Below, piece by piece: positions 1 through 9,039 of a DNA stretch of 64,000 nt. The number at the start of each line of letters is the position of its first letter. Within the stretch, counting starts at the first letter, position 1. The notes under the pieces were generated by a model, which ran no database searches, was not told where the DNA came from, and saw only the letters and a program-made list of their open reading frames with translations. This DNA comes from an uncultured delta proteobacterium (GTDB taxonomy: Bacteria > Desulfobacterota > RBG-13-43-22): NCBI GenBank assembly GCA_963802945.1, contig CAWDKY010000033.1, forward strand, positions 67,024 to 131,023, written 5' to 3'. Both the position numbers and the translations under genes were made by a program.

Positions 1-7
1 CCGCCCG

Positions 8-634
8 ATGATCAGAGTGATTACCGTCGACGATCATCCGGTCGTGCGGCGCGGCCTGAAACAAATTATCGCCGCAGAACAGGACATGCAGGTCGTGGGT
101 GAAGCGGAAAACGCCAGAGAGGCACTCCGCGTCATCCGCCGGACCGCCTGCGATGCGGTTGTCCTGGATATTACCCTGCCGGATGCCAGCGGTCTCGAGG
201 TTCTCCGACAGCTTAAATCTGAACGTCCGGCCCTGCCTGTTTTGATCATGAGCATCCATGATGAAGAACAATACGCGCTGCGAGTGCTCAAAGCCGGCGC
301 TTCAGGCTACCTGATGAAGAACAGCATCCCGGAGGACCTGATCAAGGCGATCCGGAAGATCACCTCCGGAGAAAAATATATCAGCTCCTCTCTGGCAGAA
401 AGGCTGGCCTCGGACCTTTCTTCACCGGGAAAAGCGCCCCACGAGAAGCTCTCTGACCGCGAATTTCAGATCATGGGTCTGATCGCCTCCGGGAATTCGC
501 TCAAGGAAATCGGCGAGGCGTTATACATCAGCGGCAAGACCGTGAGTAGTTACCGGGCCCGCATTCTGGAGAAAATGAACCTGAGCACCAACGCGGATCT
601 GACTCGCTATGCCTTGGAACATCATCTCATCTGA
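8..634 (+). CDS. NarL/LuxR-family (UvrY/GacA-like) response regulator
   Basis: REC motifs VDDHPVVR, VVLDITLP, GASGYLMK; C-terminal LSDRE...IGEALYISGKTVSSYRARILEKM HTH. Confidence 0.95.
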   Translation: MIRVITVDDHPVVRRGLKQIIAAEQDMQVVGEAENAREALRVIRRTACDAVVLDITLPDASGLEVLRQLKSERPALPVLIMSIHDEEQYALRVLKAGASGYLMKNSIPEDLIKAIRKITSGEKYISSSLAERLASDLSSPGKAPHEKLSDREFQIMGLIASGNSLKEIGEALYISGKTVSSYRARILEKMNLSTNADLTRYALEHHLI

Positions 635-638
635 AAAA
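593..638 (+). repeat. 46-bp direct repeat, copy 1 (3' end of response regulator gene)
   Basis: 44/46 identical to 1685-1730. Confidence 0.9.
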
Positions 639-649
639 AGTCAATCAGA

Positions 650-1093
650 GGATTCAAGGATTCAAGGAGTCAAGGGCCGCAGAGCAGAGGGAAATGCTAA
701 AGAATTATAAAGAGCTGAAGGTTTGGGAGAAATCCTATCAACTATGTTTGGAGGTTTATCGGAATACCAAAGGATTTCCCAAAAATGAGATCTATGGTCT
801 GATATCCCAAATGAGAAGGGCGGCTTTGTCGATCCCCAGTAATATTGCAGAAGGATATGGAAGAAAAACAACACCGGAATACTTGAGGGGTTTATACATT
901 GCTTACGGCTCAGTTTGTGAGTTAGAAACGCAAATCTTGTTGTCTGGAGACTTAGGTTACCTGATAGAAAAAAGTTTATCAAAACTTCAGGATGATTTAG
1001 GAGAGGTTGAGAGGATGCTCAAGGCACTGATAAGATCTTTAGAAAATAAACACTTGAATCCTTGAATCCTTGAATCCTCGAATCCTTGCCCCC
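650..1093. repeat. Inverted octamer tandem arrays (GGATTCAA)n ... (TTGAATCC)n enclosing the four-helix-bundle gene
   Basis: Left arm 650-675 GGATTCAA GGATTCAA GGAGTCAA GG; right arm 1054-1085 TTGAATCC x3 TCGAATCC; the ORF stop codon is inside the right arm. Confidence 0.9.
694..1065 (+). CDS. Four helix bundle protein (23S rRNA intervening-sequence protein family)
   Basis: Motifs YKELKVW, FPKNEIYGLISQMRRAALSIPSNIAEG, IAYGSVCELETQ. Confidence 0.93.
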   Translation: MLKNYKELKVWEKSYQLCLEVYRNTKGFPKNEIYGLISQMRRAALSIPSNIAEGYGRKTTPEYLRGLYIAYGSVCELETQILLSGDLGYLIEKSLSKLQDDLGEVERMLKALIRSLENKHLNP

Positions 1094-1099
1094 TTTCTC

Positions 1100-1297
1100 C
1101 TAAATATTGGCCAATTCATCTTCGTCGGGGATTTTGCCAAGCAACGGATAGGAAGAAAGGCTGGATAGACGGTTTTCGATTTTGTCCGCAAAGGCTGCGG
1201 CTGCGGAAGGATTGTCAAGGGCAATATAGGTGATGATCCCTCTCAGGTCTTCCTCGGCGGATCTCAACAACCGGATTGCATACTTAGGCGGCGTCAT
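1100..1297 (-). pseudogene. RelE/ParE-family toxin, C-terminally truncated (65 aa)
   Basis: AEEDLRGIITYIALDNPSAAAAFADKIE...LSSYPLLG; ATG at 1297 overlaps antitoxin end; stops early beside the repeat arm. Confidence 0.8.
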
Positions 1298-1556
1298 GGA
1301 TAAGCTTTCGCATGTCTTCCATGACGTCGGAAAGAGTTCTTCCCCTATCACCGGCCGCTTTTTGAGATTGGGCGACGGCAAGCTTGCCGAACAGGTCGAG
1401 CTTCATCTGCAACTTGCCGTAATGGGCCATAGACATGACCACCAGGTCGCCTTCGCCGTTTTTTGTAATGAATATAGGTTCATCGGAGCGATGGGCAATT
1501 TGCGAAATTTGGTTTGCTTTGTTTCGCAGGTCTGAAATGGGTTTGATTTGGGGCAT
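1284..1556 (-). CDS. Phd/YefM-family antitoxin
   Basis: IKPISDLRN...EPIFITKNGEGDLVVMS. Confidence 0.92.
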   Translation of the reverse strand: MPQIKPISDLRNKANQISQIAHRSDEPIFITKNGEGDLVVMSMAHYGKLQMKLDLFGKLAVAQSQKAAGDRGRTLSDVMEDMRKLIHDAA

Positions 1557-1627
1557 AGGGTCCTCCTTGTTTTTCTCAGGATTATATCATTTTATTGATA
1601 ATATCAAGAAGAAAAATAAGGCGAAAA

Positions 1628-1730
1628 ACGGATTTCGCCGTTATCCTGCTGGACGTTCGGATGCCGGGGATGGATGGTTTTTAGGCGGATCTGACCCGCT
1701 ATGCCTTAGAACATCATCTCATCTGAAAAA
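1628..1730 (+). pseudogene. Receiver-domain relic joined in frame to copy 2 of the 46-bp repeat
   Basis: Frame from 1628 reads TDFAVILLDVRMPGMDGF*ADLTRYALEHHLI*. Confidence 0.75.
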
Positions 1731-1788
1731 CGTTAATAGGCATTGCTCCGAGGCAAAATGGTTTACACGAAAATCACTTTTTCAACTT

Positions 1789-1884
1789 CGTCATTCCGGG
1801 CTTGACCCGGAATCCAGGAGGATAGGACTGGTTCCCCACTTTCATCGGGACGACGTCTGGACCCCGGCTTTCGCCGGGGTGACG
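1789..1884. repeat. REP-like palindromic element (GTCATTCCGG...CCGGAATCCAG / CTGGA...TGAC)
   Basis: Two facing hairpins plus a degenerate third; related copies at 15725-15801 and 49882-49925. Confidence 0.8.
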
Positions 1885-1971
1885 GCGAGTAGTACTTTTT
1901 TAACCTGATTGACAAAACTTTGTCGATGTATCGGCATTAAGCGACTAATCGCTTTTGGTCAACACCTTCCT

Positions 1972-1989
1972 TGTAAGGGTATCCTTACA
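1972..1989. promoter_or_regulatory. TGTAAG-N6-CTTACA palindrome (GacA/UvrY-box-like operator)
   Basis: TGTAAGGGTATCCTTACA; second half-site CCTACA at 2006-2011. Confidence 0.6.
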
Positions 1990-2140
1990 AAAAAATCATC
2001 ATTCCCCTACAGACAAACCATTACCGGCTTCGATAAAATAATATTTCCGGAGGTTTGTATCCTGGAATTTCGCTGATAACAGATCGTTTTTAAACGGTCA
2101 TCACCGTAAGACTTTAGGTGTTTGAAAAAGAGTTTTTGTT

Positions 2141-2283
2141 CACCGCAAAGACGCAAAGAACGCAGAGAGAATCATTTTTGTTCAATCCCTGAGAGGCGGG
2201 ATTGAATCCCGCCCAGGCGGGACCAAATAATTACCCGCAGGGTAGCGAAGGTTCTTCTTTGCGCCCTCTGCGTCTCTGCGGTG
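2141..2283. repeat. Inverted 9-mer tandem arrays (CGCAAAGAA-type) with nested mini-hairpins
   Basis: Left CACCGCAAAGACGCAAAGAACGCAGAG; right CTTTGCGCCCTCTGCGTCTCTGCGGTG. Confidence 0.85.
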
Positions 2284-2345
2284 GAAACATTTATTTCAAA
2301 AAGCTAAACTGATATCCATCATCTGTTTTGGAAAGAAAGATCGGC

Positions 2346-2726
2346 ATGAAGGTATTTCTTGTTGATGATTCAACTGTTGTGCTCAAAAAATTGGCGGCCA
2401 TGATCTCCGGCATCAATGGCGTCGAAATCATCGGGCAGGCCATGAATGGGCGCGATGCGATCCAATCCATCCTGAAACTGAAGCCCGAGGTGGTGATCTT
2501 GGACATCCGTCTGAATGGCGGCGGCAACGGAATGGATGTTTTAAAACGGATCAAAAAAGAAATTCCACCGCCCATCGTCATCATGGTCACGAACTATCCC
2601 TATCCCCAGTATCGGGAAAAGTGCCGGGCCCTGGGCGCCGACTTCTTTTTTGACAAAGTAACGGAAATCGAGAAGGTCTACGATACCTTCAAACAATTGC
2701 TGACTGTTCGAAGTCACAGAGTGTAA
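2346..2726 (+). CDS. Single-domain response regulator receiver
   Basis: MKVFLVDDS, VVILDIRL, GADFFFDK; start could be 2328 or 2346. Confidence 0.9.
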   Translation: MKVFLVDDSTVVLKKLAAMISGINGVEIIGQAMNGRDAIQSILKLKPEVVILDIRLNGGGNGMDVLKRIKKEIPPPIVIMVTNYPYPQYREKCRALGADFFFDKVTEIEKVYDTFKQLLTVRSHRV

Positions 2727-2744
2727 GGGACCAAAGGGGATCAA

Positions 2745-5700
2745 ATGAACAAGATAAAAGATAGTCACGAAGGCATGAAAACATTGTTTGAAGGAAAAAA
2801 ATTATATGCCGTCATTATTGCGTTTGTCTTTGTTTTTATCTTTGTTTTTATCTTTTTCATCACCTTTTTCGTTATACGCCACCGATATAGTCTTGAGTTA
2901 GCTGATACCATCAAAGAAAACAAATCAACGGCGAAGCTCCTCTCCTCGCTCATCTATGAACACCAGAAGGCAGCTATCAGTATCATGGAATCCTATGTAC
3001 GACGCCCGACCTTTATCAATGCAGTAAAGAAGAAAGATTTTGATCAAGTTATCCCCCATCTGCAATCCTTACGCGAACGTTACACTGAAATCGATGCTCT
3101 CTTTATTACCGACTCGTCAGGGAACCTCTGGGCCAATTTTCCGGTGGACAAGACGGGATTTGGGAAGAACCTGGCCTACCGTGACTGGTATAAGGGGGTA
3201 AGCAAACATTGGACACCTTATATTTCCACTGTCTTCCGTTTGATTACTCTGGAAAAAGGTCTTGGTGTCGCTGTAGCCGTACCGGTATTCGATAGGAACG
3301 ATAAGGTTATCGGAATACTGGGCGCTGCCCAGCGCATGGCCTTCATGGCCGTATTCATCAAGACAAAAATAATAGATCCCGAAAAAAATATCACTCTCCT
3401 CGATCAGGAAGGAAATATCATATTCAGTAATACTCTTCCTTATGCAGAGAAAATAAAGAAATATCCTGCGGTGCAGGCAAGAGAAAATGCCGTTGCCGGA
3501 GTCATTGCCGATACGGAGATTACGGATGCAAAAGGCAAGGGCAAGATCTCCTATATATCCATTGCCCCGGTAAAAGAATTGGGCTGGTCAATCCTTGTTG
3601 GAGAGGAGAAAGATACCATCCTGAAGTCATTATACGAGTATTTCATTCTCACCGCAGTTACAGGTATTGTCGTATTCCTCTTAATCACAGTCGGCATGCT
3701 TTATTTCAGGAGGCAGTACACCTACCGGAAAACAAAAGAGCTGCAGGCCAGCGAGGAAAAGTACAGAACCCTTTTTGAGGAAGCCTTGGACGGCATCTGC
3801 CTGGCGGATGCGGAAACAGGAATTATCATTGATTGCAACCAGGCCCTGTCGTCTTTAGTGCGCAGAGAGCGAGCGGAGCTGATCGGGCGACCACAGAAAA
3901 TTTTGCATCCACTACAAGATGAAAAGGCGATTGTTTCCCTAACCTTCAAGCAACACCGGACCGACAAACAGGGCCAAATCCTCGAAACACAGGTTATTAC
4001 CGGGCAAGGCGACATCAGAGAAGTGGAAATCAAAGCGAATCTCCTGGATCTCCAGGGCAGAAAGGTCTTGCAGAGGATATTTCGTGATATCACCGAGCGC
4101 AAGCGGGCCGAAGAACAAATCATACACCTGAATGCTACACTACATGCCATCCGAAATGTCAATCAACTAATCACGAAGGAGAAAGATCGAACAGTTCTCC
4201 TTGGAAATGCATGTCGAAAGCTCACCGAGGCGGGTAGTTATTTGGGCGCCTGGATTGCACTGATCGGGCCGGATAACGGCTGGCAAGCGACCTTTGAGGC
4301 TGAACTTGGGGACACGTTCACGCCATTGGCCGGACAGATAAAACAAAAGCAGCTTCCCAATTGTGCCCGCCGCGCCTTGGAGAATCCGGAAGATGTCATT
4401 GTTTTCACCCCGTCTTTTGAGTGCGGGGAGTGTCCCTTGAGACAAAGCTATCCAGGAAGGGCGGGCCTGACTTGCTGCCTGAAATATGAGGGCACATTAT
4501 ACGGAGTACTCACGGTTTCCATTCCTGCAATGACGATCAATGAGGAAGAAAAGGCCTTGTTTCACGAGCTGACTAAAGACCTTTCGTTTGCACTACACGC
4601 TATAGAGGTCACAGAAAAACAGAGGCGGACAGAAGCTGAGTTGGCCGTGTCCCAGAGGCGTTATCAGGAATTATTTAACAACATTGCCGTCGGACTTCTC
4701 CGGTCCACACCAGGCCCCAAAGGGATTTTTATCGATATGAATCCGGCCATGGTCAAGATGTTCGAAGCCGATAACCGAGAGCAGTTTATGGCCCTTCCCC
4801 CGAGCGAGATATATCTGGACTCAAACCAGCGCCGTATTGTCAGTGATACCCTTATGTCTAAAGGCTTCATCATAGGGGAGGAGATCAGGTACAAGACCCT
4901 CAAGGGGAGGCCTATCTGGTGCCGCATAACAGCGGTCAGGAAATCCAGTGAGAACGGTCAGGTCTATTTCGATAGTACGATTGAGGACATCACCGAGCAC
5001 AAGCAGCTGGAGGAATCTCTCCGAGAAAGTGAAGAGAAGTTCAGGAATGTTTTTGACCATTCCTCCATCGGCAAAACAATTACGTCTATTGACGGTTCAG
5101 TGCAGGTTAATCAAGCGTTCAGTGAAATGCTGGGATATACGAAGGAGGAGCTATCAAACCTTAAATGGCAGGATCTTACTCATCCGGATGATATTGTTTT
5201 GACTCAGGACCATCTCAATCAATTGCTGTCTGGTGAAAAGACATCCATACGATTCGTCAAAAGATACATTAGGAAGGATGGTTCCATCATCTGGGGGGAT
5301 CTGAATACCATATTACAAAAAGATGATAAACCATTATATTACATATCTGGAGTTGTGGATATCACAGAGCGCAAACGGGCGGAGGAGGAGATCATCAAGC
5401 TCAACGCCGAACTTGAACAACGCGTCAAGGACCGCACGACCCAACTCGAAGCTGCCAACAAGGAACTGGAGGCCTTCGCTTATTCAATCTCCCATGACTT
5501 GCGTAGTCCTCTGCGAGCCATTGACGGATTTTCCCGTATTCTTCTGGAAGAATACGAGCCTAACCTGGACGATGAAGGCAAACGGATCTGTTCCGTTATC
5601 CATGAAAACACCCGGATGATGAACCGATTGATAGATGATTTGCTGGCCTTTTCCCGTCTGGGGCGGACCGAGATGCAGCTTTCCCGAATCGATATGAGGG

Positions 5701-6134
5701 CGATGGCGAACTCGGTGTTTTACGAACTGACGACGCCGGAAAGCCGTGAACGTATCACTTTTCAACTTGGCACTATACCCGTTGCTTCTGGAGATTCCTC
5801 GCTGATACGCCAGGTCTGGATGAATCTAATCGGCAATGCCCTCAAATTCTCCTCGAAACGAGAACGGGCAATCATTGAAGTGCACGGAGAAGAACGAGAA
5901 GGGGAAATCATATACTCGGTGCGGGACAACGGCGCAGGATTTGAAATGCAATATGTCGATAAGCTGTTTGGTGTATTCCAGCGTCTGCACAGCGCGAGGG
6001 ATTTCGAGGGTAACGGTGTAGGCTTAGCCATTGTTCAGCGCGTCGTACATCGTCACGAGGGACGGGTTTGGGCCGAAGGAGAAACTGATAAGGGGGCGTC
6101 ATTTTCATTTGCCCTACCAAAGAAAGGAGAGTGA
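2745..6134 (+). CDS. Membrane sensor histidine kinase (Cache-PAS-GAF-PAS-PAS-HisKA-HATPase)
   Basis: Two TM segments around a Cache-like region; DITERK PAS ends; H-box [13 protein letters not shown]; [24 protein letters not shown]. Confidence 0.95.
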   Translation: MNKIKDSHEGMKTLFEGKKLYAVIIAFVFVFIFVFIFFITFFVIRHRYSLELADTIKENKSTAKLLSSLIYEHQKAAISIMESYVRRPTFINAVKKKDFDQVIPHLQSLRERYTEIDALFITDSSGNLWANFPVDKTGFGKNLAYRDWYKGVSKHWTPYISTVFRLITLEKGLGVAVAVPVFDRNDKVIGILGAAQRMAFMAVFIKTKIIDPEKNITLLDQEGNIIFSNTLPYAEKIKKYPAVQARENAVAGVIADTEITDAKGKGKISYISIAPVKELGWSILVGEEKDTILKSLYEYFILTAVTGIVVFLLITVGMLYFRRQYTYRKTKELQASEEKYRTLFEEALDGICLADAETGIIIDCNQALSSLVRRERAELIGRPQKILHPLQDEKAIVSLTFKQHRTDKQGQILETQVITGQGDIREVEIKANLLDLQGRKVLQRIFRDITERKRAEEQIIHLNATLHAIRNVNQLITKEKDRTVLLGNACRKLTEAGSYLGAWIALIGPDNGWQATFEAELGDTFTPLAGQIKQKQLPNCARRALENPEDVIVFTPSFECGECPLRQSYPGRAGLTCCLKYEGTLYGVLTVSIPAMTINEEEKALFHELTKDLSFALHAIEVTEKQRRTEAELAVSQRRYQELFNNIAVGLLRSTPGPKGIFIDMNPAMVKMFEADNREQFMALPPSEIYLDSNQRRIVSDTLMSKGFIIGEEIRYKTLKGRPIWCRITAVRKSSENGQVYFDSTIEDITEHKQLEESLRESEEKFRNVFDHSSIGKTITSIDGSVQVNQAFSEMLGYTKEELSNLKWQDLTHPDDIVLTQDHLNQLLSGEKTSIRFVKRYIRKDGSIIWGDLNTILQKDDKPLYYISGVVDITERKRAEEEIIKLNAELEQRVKDRTTQLEAANKELEAFAYSISHDLRSPLRAIDGFSRILLEEYEPNLDDEGKRICSVIHENTRMMNRLIDDLLAFSRLGRTEMQLSRIDMRAMANSVFYELTTPESRERITFQLGTIPVASGDSSLIRQVWMNLIGNALKFSSKRERAIIEVHGEEREGEIIYSVRDNGAGFEMQYVDKLFGVFQRLHSARDFEGNGVGLAIVQRVVHRHEGRVWAEGETDKGASFSFALPKKGE

Positions 6135-6583
6135 CTATGAATAATTCTGTTGCCTTAGACATTTTGCTGGTCGAAGACAATCCGCAGGATGCGGAGTTGA
6201 CCGTGAGGGCCTTAAAAAAGCACCATCTGGCTAATAATATTATTACGGTCGAAGACGGCGCTGAGGCGCTTGACTATATCTTTTGCCGCGGCAATTATGC
6301 ACAAAGGGATATGAACCGGGCTCCTAAGGTGGTGCTTCTTGATTTGAAACTTCCCAAAGTGAATGGTCTCGAGGTACTCCGGGAAATCAAACAAGACGAG
6401 CGCACGCGATCCATACCCGTAGTAATCGTTACCTCTTCACGCGAGGATCCGGATGTCAAAACGGCCTACCGTCTCGGGGTAAACAGCTATGTCGTCAAAC
6501 CGGTGGATTTCGATGCCTTTGCAGAGGCCATGAGCCAGCTTGGTCTCTATTGGCTTTTAATCAATCAACCGCCCAAAGGATAA
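6131..6583 (+). CDS. Rcp1-like single-domain response regulator
   Basis: [30 protein letters not shown]. Confidence 0.95.
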   Translation: MTMNNSVALDILLVEDNPQDAELTVRALKKHHLANNIITVEDGAEALDYIFCRGNYAQRDMNRAPKVVLLDLKLPKVNGLEVLREIKQDERTRSIPVVIVTSSREDPDVKTAYRLGVNSYVVKPVDFDAFAEAMSQLGLYWLLINQPPKG

Positions 6584-6600
6584 CCTGCAGGAGAAGAATA

Positions 6601-8976
6601 ATGGAAGTAAATCATCCCCTGCGTCTATTGATTGTTGAAGATGTTCCCTCGGATATGGAACTGGCCGAGCGGGAACTCCGCAGCAACGGAATTCAGTTTA
6701 CGTCCCAGAGGGTGGATACGAAAGAGAGATTCCTCAAGGCATTAGAGGAATTTCAGCCCCACCTGATTCTTTCGGACTACGCGATGCCGGAATTCGACGG
6801 CATGCAGGCCTTGAAGTTGTCCTTGGAACAAGACCCCAAACGGCCCTTTATTATTCTCACCGGTTCCATGAACGAGGAAACGGCCGTGGCCTGCCTGAAG
6901 GCCGGGGCAATGGATTATGTCATTAAAAATCACCTGGCGAGACTGCCCTTTGCAGTCAGAGAGGCGTTGGAAAACAAGAAACTCATTGCCGAGCGCAAGC
7001 GGGCGGAAGAGGCGCTGAAGGAGAGCGAGAAACGTTATCGTTCCGTCGCTCGATTAAGTTCAGAATTTGCTTATTCCTGTATCCACACCGGCGATGCTGG
7101 TTATGAGGTAGATTGGATCACGGATGCGTTTTTTACCCTCACGGGTTATTCGGAAGCCGAACTGCATGAGCAGAGATGCTGGTTATTCGTATCGCATCCG
7201 GATGATCTTGAAATGGCGAGAAAACCTTTACACGAATTGAAAGCCGGCGAATTAGATATCAGAGAATTCCGCATTATAACTAAAGGCGGGCAGGTTCGAT
7301 ACATTATCAACCACATGGAATGCGAAGCAGATCCGGAAGCGCCTGGTGGCCTGCGGCTTTTTGGCGCTGTTCAAAACATCACGCATCGTAAGTGGACGGA
7401 AGAGAGACAAATACTGTTCCTCAAGATACTGGATACCCTGAACCAGACGAAAGAAAAGGGTGATCTGATTCGGAAAATTTTTTATCTCTTAAAGGATCAT
7501 ACCGGTATAGAAGCCGTCGGCATCCGCCTCCGTGAAGGGGAAGACTTCCCTTACTATGAAACGAACGGCTTTCCCATGAACTTTGTAGCAGCGGAAAGGT
7601 TTTTGTGCGCCCGCAACCCGGACGGCCAAATCATCCGAGATGCCCAGGGCAACTCTTATCTGGAGTGTATGTGCGGGAACGTCATCTGCGGAAGGACCGA
7701 TCCTTCCCTCCCGTTTTTCACCGAGAACGGAAGTTTCTGGACCAACAGCACATCACAGCTTTTGGCAGTCACCTCGGAAAAAGACCTTCAGGCGAAGACA
7801 AGAGAGCGTTTCCGCCAAGAGAGGTATGAATCGGTTGCCCTTATCCCTCTACGTTCAGAAAATGAAATCATCGGACTTTTACAACTGAATGATAAGAAAC
7901 CAAACCAATTCTCCCTGGATGGAATTAAATTCTTTGAGGGGATCGGCGCTTCCATCGGGATAGCCCTGGCCCGGAAGCAGGCTGAAGAGGCGCTACAAGA
8001 GAGCGAGGGAAAATACCGCAACATTTTCGAAAATGCCCTTGAAGGTATATTCCAGACGACCACCGAGGGACGTTTTCTTACAGTCAATCCGGCCCTGGCC
8101 CGCATGTACGGTTACGACTCTCCGGAAGAGTTGATAAACTCCATCACTGATCTTGAAGGACAGATTTATGTCAACCCGGAGAAGCGCAGGGAATATATCC
8201 GGAACTTGGAAGAAAAGGGCGAGGTCAAAGGATTCGAAGTGCAAATGAGACGAAAAGACGGGACACCCTTCTGGGTTTCCAATAACGGCCGTACCGTGCG
8301 GGATTTAACAGGAAAGATTTTGTACTATGAAGGGATTTCGGAAGAAATCACCCAACGCTTGGAATCTGAGAGGAAACTCAAAGAGAGCGTGGGGAACCTT
8401 CGAAAGGCCATGGGCGGGATCATTCAAGTCCTTTCAGGTACTGTGGAGATCAGGGACCCCTATACCGCCGGCCATCAGCGGCGGGTTGCTGATCTGGCCC
8501 GAACTATCGCCCAGGAGATGGGATTGGCCGATGAGCAGCGGGAAGGGCTACGCATGGCCGGGATTATCCATGATCTGGGCAAGGTCTCCGTCCCGGCTGA
8601 GATTTTAACCAAACCCACCAAGCTGTCAGATATCGAATACAAACTGATCCAGGCCCATCCCCAGATAGGGTATGACATCCTTAAAGAGATAGAATTCCCA
8701 TGGCCCATCGCCGATACGGTCCTTCAACACCATGAACGGCTGAATGGTTCGGGGTATCCCCGGGGGCTCAAGGGAGAAGCAATCTCCCTGGAAGCGCGGA
8801 TCCTTATGGTGGCCGATGTGGTTGAGGCCATGGCCTCCTACCGTCCCTACCGGCCTGGTTTGGGAGTTGACGCCGCTCTGGAGGAGATCGAGAAGAACAA
8901 AGGAATCCTCTATGACCCGGAGGTAGTGGAGGTGTGTCTGACTTTGTTCAAGGAGAAAAGATTAAGGTTTGAGTAA
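6601..8976 (+). CDS. REC-PAS-GAF-PAS-HD-GYP phosphodiesterase
   Basis: N-terminal receiver; RDPYTAGH, HDLGK, HHERLNGSGYP, ADVVEAM; ATG 6601 preferred over 6550. Confidence 0.93.
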   Translation: MEVNHPLRLLIVEDVPSDMELAERELRSNGIQFTSQRVDTKERFLKALEEFQPHLILSDYAMPEFDGMQALKLSLEQDPKRPFIILTGSMNEETAVACLKAGAMDYVIKNHLARLPFAVREALENKKLIAERKRAEEALKESEKRYRSVARLSSEFAYSCIHTGDAGYEVDWITDAFFTLTGYSEAELHEQRCWLFVSHPDDLEMARKPLHELKAGELDIREFRIITKGGQVRYIINHMECEADPEAPGGLRLFGAVQNITHRKWTEERQILFLKILDTLNQTKEKGDLIRKIFYLLKDHTGIEAVGIRLREGEDFPYYETNGFPMNFVAAERFLCARNPDGQIIRDAQGNSYLECMCGNVICGRTDPSLPFFTENGSFWTNSTSQLLAVTSEKDLQAKTRERFRQERYESVALIPLRSENEIIGLLQLNDKKPNQFSLDGIKFFEGIGASIGIALARKQAEEALQESEGKYRNIFENALEGIFQTTTEGRFLTVNPALARMYGYDSPEELINSITDLEGQIYVNPEKRREYIRNLEEKGEVKGFEVQMRRKDGTPFWVSNNGRTVRDLTGKILYYEGISEEITQRLESERKLKESVGNLRKAMGGIIQVLSGTVEIRDPYTAGHQRRVADLARTIAQEMGLADEQREGLRMAGIIHDLGKVSVPAEILTKPTKLSDIEYKLIQAHPQIGYDILKEIEFPWPIADTVLQHHERLNGSGYPRGLKGEAISLEARILMVADVVEAMASYRPYRPGLGVDAALEEIEKNKGILYDPEVVEVCLTLFKEKRLRFE

Positions 8977-9039
8977 TTTTGAATTGCGGATTTCGTATTG
9001 CGGAATGAAAAACCAGAGGCTTTGAGGGTCAGATTTATT

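Noticed and set aside
694-1065. Diversity-generating retroelement, since the protein family resembles Avd
   Set aside because: No reverse transcriptase and no TR/VR pair with adenine-specific mismatches in the window.
1435-1908. 157-aa ORF
   Set aside because: Overlaps the antitoxin antisense, the duplicated tail and a REP element; no coherent protein signal.
2822-2860. 12-bp tandem repeat CTTTGTTTTTAT in the kinase TM helix
   Set aside because: Only two copies, in frame, low complexity; no sign of phase variation.
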